This document shows, piece after piece, positions 1 to 10,734 of a stretch of 64,000 nucleotides of DNA. Made by a program: the position numbers and the translations under genes. Numbering within the stretch: position 1 is the stretch's first letter; every line of letters begins with the position of its first letter. The stretch comes from Pocillopora damicornis (lineage: Eukaryota). Below the pieces are notes generated by a model that searched no databases, was not told the DNA's origin, and saw only the letters and a program-made list of their open reading frames with translations. Location of the stretch: NCBI RefSeq assembly GCF_003704095.1, contig NW_020846775.1, forward strand, positions 372,001 to 436,000, written 5' to 3'.

Positions 1-59
1 TGCCAAAGTAAAAAATGTAGTCACATTGGCGCCTGTATTAGGCGCAATTTCACGCCCTG
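1..59. mobile_element. Right end of the same non-autonomous DNA transposon family as 51850-52321
   Basis: ...tagtcacattggcgcctgtattaggcgcaatttcacgccctg is near-identical to 52280-52321. Confidence 0.75.
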
Positions 60-459
60 CTAGAATGTTTAACCATTTGCCCATGTTATATGGCAGGCAG
101 TACCATCTTCTCAACTGTTTTAAAACCCTAAATGTTGGTTGGATCTGGAGCTTGAAACCTTGACCTCCCATATGGCAATGCAGCGCTCTACAATATTAGT
201 GAACCAAACTTGTGCTTTCATCTTGTGTGAAAATTGTAAATTTGAGGTCAATAGTGGAAATATTGAAAACTTGTATTTTAACTCATGTATTGAAAGCATA
301 GGAAAAGCAGGTTACGTTCAGTTATTTAGCAGAAAAATATGATCAGAAAGAAATAAAAATAAACTTTTGGCAAAACCTTTCCTCTCTTTATTTTACAACA
401 AGAGATCTCTACATCAGTTTGCCATTATAGAGGATTGCCTATATTCATCACACTCTCAC

Positions 460-2228
460 CTTGTAAAGACAATATTCTAACAGGCAATTTTAAAAGTTTG
501 GAATGTCCTTGAACTCTACTGGTGCCAACAGTGATCTTGTAAGAATATTTCACTGTATGTCCTTTATATGAGGGCACTCCATCAAACGGAATTGTGTCAC
601 TATAAAAATCTGAAACAGTCAAGATATCATGTATTCAGTGATATAATATTAAGGTTTCGTGATCAAAATGAAGAAAAAAAAAAAAAGGCATTACCCCTTC
701 AAATAGCATGACCTTGGAATTCAAAATGCATCATGCAAAATATGTAATGCAATGCTGCTAATCATTTCATGTTTAGGGCCTGTTAGGAAACTTTACTATT
801 AACCATTAGCTTACTCAAACTCAATTACAAAAAAAAAATCCCTGCTGACTGGAATTTCCCCCTCTCTGATTTGCAATCTGACTTTTGTATTTTTATAGAA
901 GCCAAGGAAGCTATCAACTAATAAAGTAACAACAAGTGAAAAGTCTGTCATCAAGTGAATAATGGTATGTTGGACTAAAATTTAACTCTCTTTACTCAGG
1001 AATCATTGAAATGACAGATAAAGCAGACTAAGCTTACTCTATATTCCGAGACAATAATACATTGCAGTCATACCAGTATCAGTATTAGCTAAATTAGTTT
1101 ATTAGTATCATAAACCTTCGGGGCATAATATGATTTCATTACAGTACTAGAGTCCCACACACAGTCAGTGATCTTGTTTCACGAAAAGATGATTGAAAGT
1201 CGGAGAATAATACTCAGATAAAATTTCTTCCAAGTTGAAGTCAATCTGTAGAAATTCTTCACTGTAAATATGCAGTCTCGGCGGACAACTCTAAACAAAT
1301 TTTAACTTCGATTGATCCCAAAATTCAAACACAGTAGCCTTAAAAGAGAGAACAACTACGATTTAATTATGTGCAGAAGGTAGATATCTTTTATATAATT
1401 ACTTTCGATAGGGAACCAATTCATGGATGAACGAACGATACCGTAAACAAGCACTTTCAAGTAATGAAATAAGATAAGCTTTTCCTTTGTTTTACAAAAC
1501 AAAAAGGTCCGCCAGAACGTACAAGGAACAAAGCAATACCAAGAAATTCGAACGAATCGTGGGTTAGGAATCGCTCAGGAGTTTAAGAAATGGATATTAC
1601 CAACACATTTGCAATACAACTTGCTGACTTTTCAAATTATCATTCACGCAATCCCAAAACTACTTCACTTCACAGGTAAAAGTAAACTTACAATTTCTAG
1701 ATTCTCCAGGAGCAAGCTCCAGATCACAAAACAATATCTTCGGTTGCGTAGACAATAAACAGCGACCTTGTTCTCCTGCGACAGACATTTAAAAAACAAA
1801 ACACGACATCACGATCAATAATTCACCATTTTCCGATCGATAATAGTATACCAGCAAAATCCAACCATAAATCATACATGCACCAAAGAAGCGTTTGTGC
1901 TCTAACCTCTTGAGGGAACGAAGCTTGTACAAGATGCATTTGCATCCGAAGAAATTTGGTTTAGAGTTCGATCCATTCTTGAATTCGTAGTTGGAAGAAC
2001 AACCCGCGATTCGTTTACCGTACACTGGCAATGTATTTGAGCGCTCGCCCAAGCAAGTCTGTCCGTTTCATTGCTCCCATTTGAAAAATCGTTATTAACG
2101 TGATTACATGGATGACTGCAGGTCTCTTTCTTGCCATCTGCGACGTTTGTAAAAATAATTTCACACTCGATACATTCGCCAGCGAAGAAGACAGAACCAC
2201 GGAGTAGGCGCACTTTCACCTCGATCAT
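460..2228 (-). CDS. RGP1: RAB6A-GEF complex partner protein 2 (RGP1), 5' part; exons 2228-1907, 1775-1692, 609-460; continues beyond the window start
   Basis: Spliced translation [28 protein letters not shown]...[12 protein letters not shown]...[62 protein letters not shown] matches RGP1 motifs. GT-AG junctions keep the frame. Confidence 0.9.
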
Positions 2229-2671
2229 CGCAAATAAAATCAAGAAAGCATTTCTTCATTACCCATATGTTCTTCTTCCATTTCCAAAACTAAAAGTAAA
2301 GCTCTCAGGAATCTCTAAAAATATTTACGCCGACGATTATGTGGAAGATCGTTTCCGAGTGGAAATTCGCTATCCGCTGGAACCGCCATAATGTAACAGC
2401 GAAATGCTTCAACGGAAAGTAGCTGGCCAGTTGTGCTTGCGGGCGTCAATGACAAGCGGCGATCCGGTGAACGACCCGCGAATCATAAGTGTAGGATTGT
2501 GTCGAAACCAGTTTTTAAGTTTCTACCTTATGTTTTCTTCTGATTTCATTTTCAAGGCCAATCAAAAAGAGAGAACAACATCGGAGAGGAAATTAAGTGG
2601 TTCACTCGCCCTCCATTCCCATCGGTTTTAAGTCAGATTTTGTTATTTCCACTCTCTACTAAGCGTTCTAG

Positions 2672-2705
2672 TTCCAGACAGGAGCCCATGGGCTCCTGTT
2701 CCAGA
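2672..2705. repeat. 20-bp perfect palindrome CAGGAGCCCATGGGCTCCTG flanked by a direct repeat (ttccaga); candidate transposon excision footprint
   Basis: Read directly: ttccaga-caggagcccatgggctcctg-ttccaga. A related copy lies at 57526-57563. Confidence 0.7.
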
Positions 2706-3098
2706 CCCCTTCTAATTTTTTTTCACCCTTTATGAACTACCCAAAAAAGAAACCTCACCAGACGGTTAACAAATGAAATAAGGAAAGATCCAACTCAAAA
2801 TTATACAAGACAGAAAAGGATAAGATTTATCAGTTCCTAGCAAACAAGAACAGTTTGGGGTGCATTTTAACTTTAAAGAATTGGTCACTGAAACTATTGT
2901 CTAAGAGGTGGCTAAGAATGTTAATAGATTAAAAAAAGGCGTCAAAGATACGTCGAAATGGTGCCTTTGAGGCGACAAAGAAATGAACCTAATATCAGTT
3001 TACTCAAGAGCATACAACCTGGATATATTCTTCTAGTTTACATCAATGTGGCTAATAATCATCATTGAGATCTTTTCATGGAATGTTTTACACTTCTC

Positions 3099-4778
3099 CT
3101 AGTATAGCACTTTTATATCATTTGTTAAGGTAATGAAAAGAAATTTCAACAACTCTGCCAACTCAGACTGAGATTCAAACTTGTGTAGCGAAAGGGTGTG
3201 ACTCAGCATGTTTACAAAGTCTCTCATTCTTGAAGAGGTAATTTCCTCAAACGTTTCTATAACTTTCTTTTGTTTCACATTGGTAACATGTTTATGTTCA
3301 GGGAGGATTAAATTGACTTCTGGAGCAATTTCCCTTAGCAAGCGGGATTAAATGTAGTCGCTACAGAGAAGAGTTTTCTCCTGTTTTAAGTCTCCAATGC
3401 AGCCTCCATGAAGATTTGATGATTCTTCTCTCTCGTTTAATTGATGATCACAAAGAGCCTCAAGTGAATCTAAAAGGAAATAATACAATTTCACTCTTTG
3501 GTAACTCCACATCACATCTTCTTTAAGGCATTCATCAAATCTGAATTCATTGACCGGGCGATCTTTAACTGATAAGAGTAAGCATTGAAGGATGTTTATC
3601 CTGTCAGAGAAAGCCTTTTTCCATAGCACTATAAATGAATTATTTGGGAATATTTGGTAATCTCTGTGGAAAAAGCTGCGCTATTTGTTTTTTTTAAAGA
3701 AAGTTGGAGGCGTTTAATTATGTTTAAGAGGCGTTTGCTCATATTGCTGCCAGACCATTCTTCATTCGTGGGTGTTGCTCCCATTCAAGTAACACCAAGG
3801 TTTGATGAAGCGTGTACGAAGAAATCCTCTTGCTGCCACTGTACTGATCAATGAAAGAACCTTCGTCATAATTAGCATATAGTTTCATCCACATTCTTAC
3901 TGTATTGGCCACCTCAGAGATTACACTGACTCCAGGATCACGAATAAATTTCCAGTGAGAATTTTGGACGGCTTCATTCCAAAATGCATAATTCTCCACT
4001 TCTATGACAAGAAACAACATGTCACGCAACGCCTTCAACACTATTAAACACACCGTTGGCTCACCTGTGGGGCCAAATGGAGGAATAGCGCCTGCTCAAG
4101 GCATGATTGCAAACATTGCAAAGAAAAGTGATTTATGTCAACGGGCCGGTTACTTCTAACTGATTTCTTGAATTCCTAAAACAAATCAGATGACGAGGGC
4201 TCAATTCGAGTATCCACTAACGGCAAAGAAATACGGTAAGTTGTCAAGTAAGGAGGTTATCACTCGGCCAGCTGGGGTTTCTGCTTCAAATGGATAAATG
4301 GTTAATGAACAAGAGTGAATCTTTACAGCAGGAGACAATTCAACACTGATTGCTGATTACCAATCGTGCATAATGTTCTCCACTAGTCCATTTAAGCCCT
4401 ACACTGTAAAAAGGTCCGTTTGTTTTAGATGCTGAAGACAGGACTTCAATTTCGTTCACCTATAGCTATCTCTTTAACTTCCCGGTTGGCTCTGACAAAC
4501 AGAGTCTTAACGCTGATTTTCCAATCAAAATTAGGCCTCGGTTCCTTTGTAGAAACTACCCTTGTCGATAAGTGCTGTCTTGTAGGAAGGCCTCATTTTT
4601 TAACTTTAGAAGCAGACCTTCAAGAAAGTTTTCAACAATATCAATGACCTCCTAGTGGTATGGCCCTTTTAGTACATTTCCTTCCATTTTCATCAAGATC
4701 GTGTATGGACAAATCCAGCGATCGAAGACAACAACTCATTTTCTTATTGATCTGCCGTTCACCTGATGGTTTTTTCAT
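3099..4778 (-). pseudogene. Decayed cGLR/Mab21-family paralogue (frameshifts, stops, internal deletion)
   Basis: Fragments are collinear with the neighbouring intact gene: LDLSIHDLDE, EVIDIVENFLEGLLL, KTALIDKGSFYKGTE, CLIVLKALRD, ISSYTLHQTLVLLEW, FRFDECLKED, IAPEVNLIL, LLKFLFITLTNDIKVL. They are spread over several frames. Confidence 0.85.
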
Positions 4779-4902
4779 TTGTCCTCGTAATTTATGGTGA
4801 TTTTGAAAGGAAAAAAAAAAGACTTAAGACTAGTACAAAACTTTCTTTAATCAGAAATTGTTTTAGAACAGCCCTAACAATTAAGAAATACCTAAATCTT
4901 AT

Positions 4903-6747
4903 TCACCAGTCTTTCATTTTATTAAGCAATATGACAATGTCTTCTCGAAATGCACTGAACAGAAATTCCAACAGCTTCCTTGGTTCGTCAGTTTTGTACT
5001 TGTAACTTGACCCTTCTAGTCTCCATTGTTCCTGGGACCAAAGACTGTAGCTGGGAAGATCGTTTGCACTTCGTCTCACTCGCGTCTCCATTCTCCGACG
5101 CGCTATTTCCTCAAATTGTTGTCCGGCTTGACTCAGGGACGTCGTATCTTTCACATTAACATCTGTCAATATTAAACTCTCATTTGGAGCTATTGAATTA
5201 AGCAAAGCTTGAACGTAGATGTTCCATAAACTTGTTTTCTCGTCAGTCCCCTTGTCTCCCAGTCCATGTGCCAAGGCATCTGAATATTGACAAACTGTTG
5301 CCTTACCTTCCTTTCTTAAGGATTTCTGAACGACTTCTTCCATAGAAGGATCTTGGAAGAAAGTGTCCAAGAAGCCACTTAAAAGTAGGTCGGTAAGAGA
5401 TTTTTTGCGATAAATTATATCAATAAAGTCCTCTTTCAGTTTTGTCAAACATTCTTCGAAGTTATAAACGTTCATGTTGTCGACGAAAGATAAACCATCA
5501 AGGAGAATGGCGATTATACTGGCAACGTTTAAAAAATCCATTTCTTGAGTAACTGAGGAAGGGAAAATGTTGTAATCTGCGTAGAAAAAGCTTCGCATTT
5601 TTCTTTCTTTCAAGTGATCGACAAGACTACGAAGAATGTTGAGGAATCGCTGGCTTAGATTGTTTCCGGACCACTGCTCTTTTTCAGGGTACAGCTGCCA
5701 TTCAAACAACACCAGCGTTTTGAGGACATAAGAAGAAAGCAATCTGCCGGTGTTTTTCAAAGTATTAGCCGCTGATTCGACGAAAAAAAACCAAAAACCA
5801 CTATCGTTTGACCTTCTTTTGAATTCGGTAGTATCAGGAAATACAATGTCACGCAATACTTTCAGTAACCTAAGACACTTGGCTTGACCGCTGTCGAAGC
5901 CAAATGTCTGGCGAAATAATCCCTGCTCGAGGCACGAGTGCGAGCAACGTAGACAGAAATTTTCTGGTCGTGAATCGGCATCCCAATCAGCAAAGAAATT
6001 TGGCTGAACTTCTGTGAGCATGTTCCTGTACGCACCAACTGCATAGTAAAATGGTAATTTATCAAACAGAAGTCGAAGCACTCTTCCTGTTGGGGTTTCA
6101 AATTCAATGTCAGTGTTATCAGGTCGATTGTTTATCCTGACGGCTAAAGCCAAGTCAACGCTAATTTTTAAGCCTTTGTACCGTTCTCCGCCGTTCCATT
6201 CGAGCAACAGATTATATGCCGGTCCATGTTTTGTTAAAGGTGGTTGCGTAGACACGTTAGAGTAATAATCCCACGGCACTACCTTCATTCCGAATGCCTC
6301 AAAATCTTTCGCTTTCTTGTTGAAGATCTTATAAAATGGTGTCTTGATAGTCTTCTTCCACTCAAAATAGCCATACCTCAAATCCTGTTTGGAGTGAGGG
6401 AAAAAGAAGCAAAGGTCTTCCCAAGCTGATTCGTCTGCAGGGAACACCATCATTGTAGAACAAGGAAGTTCGTGAAAGTAATATCTCTCAGGGCCAGAAA
6501 AACTGTCGAGTTGAATGAGGAAGTCAAACTCATCTGGCTGTCCGACCTTGGTTCCCTCATAAAAGCTTCCGCTGTTGATCAGCGTCGTCCTGAAGAACGG
6601 ATTTTCTCTTCTCACTTCTAGCAGAATGCTCTTTATAACCCTTCTGATGCGGCTTTGAATAAGACTGACCTCTTGGCAGCATGGGATTCTGCCTTTTCTT
6701 TCGTCTAAGTCTTGCAGAAAGAGATTTAGATGACCATTATCCGTCAT
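4903..6747 (-). CDS. cGAS-like receptor (cGLR; Mab21/MB21D-family nucleotidyltransferase), intronless, about 614 aa from the first ATG
   Basis: NSGSFYEGTKVGQPDEFDFLIQL carries the GS and E-x-D catalytic motifs. The third Asp is in KISVDLALAV. Mab21 C-lobe motifs are SHSCLEQGLF, CLRLLKVLRD, LSSYVLKTLVL and RSFFYADYNIF. The ORF is uninterrupted. Confidence 0.92.
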   Translation of the reverse strand: MTDNGHLNLFLQDLDERKGRIPCCQEVSLIQSRIRRVIKSILLEVRRENPFFRTTLINSGSFYEGTKVGQPDEFDFLIQLDSFSGPERYYFHELPCSTMMVFPADESAWEDLCFFFPHSKQDLRYGYFEWKKTIKTPFYKIFNKKAKDFEAFGMKVVPWDYYSNVSTQPPLTKHGPAYNLLLEWNGGERYKGLKISVDLALAVRINNRPDNTDIEFETPTGRVLRLLFDKLPFYYAVGAYRNMLTEVQPNFFADWDADSRPENFCLRCSHSCLEQGLFRQTFGFDSGQAKCLRLLKVLRDIVFPDTTEFKRRSNDSGFWFFFVESAANTLKNTGRLLSSYVLKTLVLFEWQLYPEKEQWSGNNLSQRFLNILRSLVDHLKERKMRSFFYADYNIFPSSVTQEMDFLNVASIIAILLDGLSFVDNMNVYNFEECLTKLKEDFIDIIYRKKSLTDLLLSGFLDTFFQDPSMEEVVQKSLRKEGKATVCQYSDALAHGLGDKGTDEKTSLWNIYVQALLNSIAPNESLILTDVNVKDTTSLSQAGQQFEEIARRRMETRVRRSANDLPSYSLWSQEQWRLEGSSYKYKTDEPRKLLEFLFSAFREDIVILLNKMKDW

Positions 6748-7712
6748 TTTAACCTCATTTGGTTTTAGTAACAACCACTAGCTCGTCTAAAATGACGGAG
6801 TTCTATTCTTTCCGATGTAGTACTTAGTCCCTACTCCGGCAGCAAATTTTCATTCCTAGCGCCTCCGTTAGTATGGTTACCCCAGTCTACAGGAGAGGTA
6901 AGCCATCATATTCAACATATTCCGGCGCATAAAACTCATTTTCTTCCACTAAGGCCTGCTTGTTCGAAAGGATCGTATCTTTAAAAGCAAAACTTAAGGC
7001 ACAAAAATGAAAACAGGAGTGAAAATTTGTTTTCATTCAGGGTTAGCTCACTCACGTTTTGAATAGCTCGACTGAGATTAACACAACTTTGTGACATAAC
7101 ACGAAATAAGGTCAATAATCTATCTAGCCCTGTAAACCATTGGTTCATCTAATGGAGTCTACTGGTGATTAACATGTAATTACAGCAATTTACTTTCGAT
7201 AGGAATTTAGTTATAAATGTAGTTTGCTCTTTGTTCGCATCTACCGTATGTTGAATCAGGTGTGAATCATATACTGTTGTTCCCTTAACGCCTGAAAATT
7301 CGCGCTTTGGCAATAGTGGGATGACTAAAGAATTTTTGTTCAGTTCTACACCTAATTAGCAAGAAGACAGTGTATCTGTACATTGCGTAATTGAGAGGAA
7401 AACGAAAATGTCATTCTGATGTTTGGAAATGAGTGCAAACTGGTGTACGTCTTGTTACATGTCGTAAGTGTGGTCACATGGCATCAAGAGCATCCTCGCT
7501 TCCAGAGTACTCGTGTCCATTGGTGACTTAAACGGATAAATTTCACTGCTTATCAATAAAGTGGAAAAGATGTAGCCCTTCTCAATCTCTTTACCTCCTT
7601 TTTGACATTTACTTCGCAGACTTCCTTTGAAAAGGAACCATGCTCCTTAACAACGGAGCCGGTGCTCAATAGAAGGAGGGCCCGCCTATGGAAGCGAACA
7701 GTTTGATAATCT

Positions 7713-7956
7713 GGGTAATTTAGTATTATCAACTCAGTCGATAACGTAAATTGGCCCCCGTAAAAATTTTAAAAGCTGACGTTTCGAGCGTTAGGCCTTC
7801 GTCAGAGCGATTGAAAGAATTGTGGTTGTGTGTGGGTTTATATATGCAGAAAATGGAGCTACGCTGTTGGTGGGAATATGGTGACGAGAAAACAAGAAAA
7901 AATTAGTTGAATGAAAAGCGCTCGTTGATACCGTGAGGATTAAGAGTGTCGATTAA
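7713..7956. mobile_element. Penelope-like retroelement terminal-repeat fragment
   Basis: Shares ggtaatttag...cgtaaattgg...agctgacgtttcgagcgttag.ccttcgtca with copies at about 22760-22990 and 51581-51758. Contains a hammerhead core. Confidence 0.65.
7775..7808 (-). ncRNA. Minimal type I hammerhead ribozyme motif
   Basis: Minus strand reads GCU-CUGACGA-aggccuaacgcuc-GAAA-C-GUC-AGC. This gives both catalytic boxes, a GUC cleavage triplet, stem I GCU/AGC, stem II with one mismatch, and the palindromic minimal stem III typical of Penelope-associated hammerheads. Confidence 0.7.
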
Positions 7957-8120
7957 CTCAGTTTCCTTCACATCCTCTCGCTCTTGGCCGCTTATCGTGG
8001 GAGATCTGGGTACTCGCCTGTCCCTTAGTGTTTAGGTGCATTGTGGGATACAAATTGTGAAAGCGGAAGTGAAGGAATACTTTTGAGCCCTCGATCGACA
8101 GAGTTTGCAGAAAATGAAAC

Positions 8121-10007
8121 ATGAACCTCGACGACTTAAGCCAGTCTAAAAGTGACGGGGATAAAGATGATTCAGTCCTTTCAGGAGGGTCCATTCATAA
8201 AGATGAGGCAATCTCTTCGCTCACCCCACTAGATCTGTTTCTACAGGACTTGGATAAAAACACTGCATTGATACCTCGCTGCCAAGAGGTCATCGACATC
8301 CAAATGGGAGTCGAAAACCTTCTAAAAGATCTTCTCCTGGAAGTAGAATAGGAAAATCCCTTCCTCAAAACAACACTTATCAATAGTGGCAGTTTCTATG
8401 AAGACACAAAAGTCGAAAAACCGAATGAGTTTGATTATCTTGTTCAGCTTGATAATTTCTCCGAGCCGAAAGATATTCAGTACGAAGAATTAGCTGGTGC
8501 TTCAGTGATTGTGATTCCCAGCCAGTCGAGTTTTGATAAACTAAGAAATCTATCAACTTACAAGAAAGTCCCGGGCAGTATTTCTTGTTTCGAATGGAAA
8601 ACGCATGTCAAGGGACCGTTTTATGAAATACTTCGTGAAAAGGGGAATGGGTATGAGGGATATGGATTGCGTGTCATACAAGACCTAATCAAGCACGGCC
8701 CCGCGTGCAGTTTGAAGCTTCAATGGATTGGCGGAGAACGCTACAGTGGGTTAAAAATCGGGGTTGATTTGTCATTAGCAGTAAAGATTAACTTTTCTTC
8801 TTCTACCATGAACTTAGAGCACTGCACAGAGATTCCAGCTGATGTCATGCAGAAGATTATTTCTGACTCTGTGCCTTATTTCTTTGCTGTTAGTGACTAT
8901 AAGGGAACTAATTGCCCTTCTTCAAATTTGTTGAAAGATCATCTGGGAGATTCGCATCGTGATGAGTATTTTTTTCGTCTTCGTTGTTCCCAGTCGTGTC
9001 TTGAACAGGCGCTGTTCCAACATTTTGGCCCTGAAGGAGGACCAACCGTGTGTTTAAGGGTACTCAAGATGTTGCGTGACATATCCACTATCGTTGACCT
9101 TGCTCCGCGCGAATTTCTACTGGATGCTAATACTAGCTTGCCAAACACCAAATTACAGAATTATTTTGGTTTTGATCTTCCACTGGAAAGCAACGGTTAT
9201 TTTTCTTCATATGCGTTTAAAACTTTAGTGTTATATGAATGGAGTCAATACCCAGAAAAGAAATATTGGTCTGGAAGCTGTATGAGTGACCGCGTTTCTC
9301 AAATACTAGATGAGCTTCTTCTTTGCGTAAAGCACGGGGGTATGCGAAGTTTCTTTTATTCAGATTATAATGTTTTACCCGGAGATTACGACGAGATGTC
9401 AAAGGGGCAGGCTGATGCCATCAACTCAATAACCATCCTGCAGCACTGGATGACATCAAAAAGAAATGACACTGATTACAATTTCAATGACTGCATCCGA
9501 AGTGTGAAAGAAGATTCAAGACTTGCATGTCATAAAATAACGTTTACAAATTTGTCAAGTGAGACACTTAGAATGACTTTTAAGCAAGACCTGGAACTAG
9601 TGGTAAGTAAAGCAACTGGAATAGAACCCCCAGATCGAAATAAAACAAGGCAAACAAATAAATCATCTTTTAAGAAACAAATTCTGCTTTGGCTTCCATT
9701 TGCAATGAACCTTTTCTGTTTCTGTGAAATTTACATTCAAGCCTTAGTTGAAAAAGTTGCCCCAAAAGAGAATTTAATACTATTAAACCCCAGGAAACGC
9801 ATCAAAGTCGATGAAGGCTTTACCAGAGCTTTAGACCTTTTCAAAGAAGTAGCTGTGACAAGAATGAACAGTCTTGGAGATAATTTACCCAATTACAACA
9901 TCTGGACAAAGGAATTTAAACCAGGTGACAAAGAGATAGCCAATTTTGTGAAGTTCCTAACAGATATCTTTAGAGAAGATCTTCAGATCCTGCTAAATAA
10001 ACTTTGA
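8121..10007 (+). pseudogene. cGLR paralogue, 628 codons in one frame, interrupted only by an in-frame TAG at 8349-8351 (recent pseudogene, null allele, readthrough or sequence error)
   Basis: ORFs 8121-8351 and 8505-10007 share a frame. The bridge reads LLLEVE*ENPFLKTTLINSGSFYEDTKVEKPNEFDYLVQLDNFS, which aligns with LLEVRRENPFFRTTLINSGSFYEGTKVGQPDEFDFLIQLDSFS of the paralogue. Confidence 0.85.
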
Positions 10008-10734
10008 AATAGAACTTGTACACTAATGTGCAGAAGCTCAAAGTAAATAGGCATGGACATGATGATGATTAAGTCAGGAAAACTGAGTCAAGAGAATGAA
10101 GTAGAGGCCTTCTTTTAAAAAAAAACCCATACTTCTTAAGCAGGAGTAAGAATACAGAAATTCTGAGCCATATGCATCAAATTCAGTTGTCCAGGCCTAC
10201 TGTGACTTCAAACTGTGAAATACTTGATTTAAACAACCATACAATGTTCAATAGATGATACTTCTCCAACTGAAGGAGTTGTCACACAACCTAATCATTT
10301 TGGGTCTGTGATTACTCTTTGCTGGAGTTCCTGCTAACCTGGTTGAGACACTCCTTAAACCTCTAGCCTAATCAATTTAAAACCCTACATCTTGTTGAGT
10401 TTTCAAAAATATGATTAATAAATGCACACCATTGCCATTTTATGGAAAGTTAAGTTTAATTACTCATAAATCTGTAATACATGTGTAAAAAGCCATCTTT
10501 ACTGGGAGTCACTCAGTTCTGCTAAACACCATCTTTAGATGAATGCTTATTCACTATTTTAAAAGTGAATCATTTTTCATGTCACAAATGACTGGTCTGA
10601 AATCAAATGACCAAGAAGTGAATGATACTTCCACATTCACTACATTTCTTTCTCTTGAAAATGATTCCAACAGTCTCCACACAAGTTAAATAATTAATAG
10701 ACAGTGTAAAATACTTCCAGCCACCTGGGAGGTT

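Noticed and set aside
8349-8351. Selenocysteine or pyrrolysine recoding of the in-frame stop
   Set aside because: The codon is TAG rather than TGA, the aligned residue is Arg rather than Cys, and pyrrolysine is not known in animals.
3099-10007. Bacterial CBASS operon or contamination (intronless CD-NTase-like genes)
   Set aside because: The flanking genes are spliced animal genes. The motifs are Mab21/cGLR type, and no Cap effector genes or operon layout are present.
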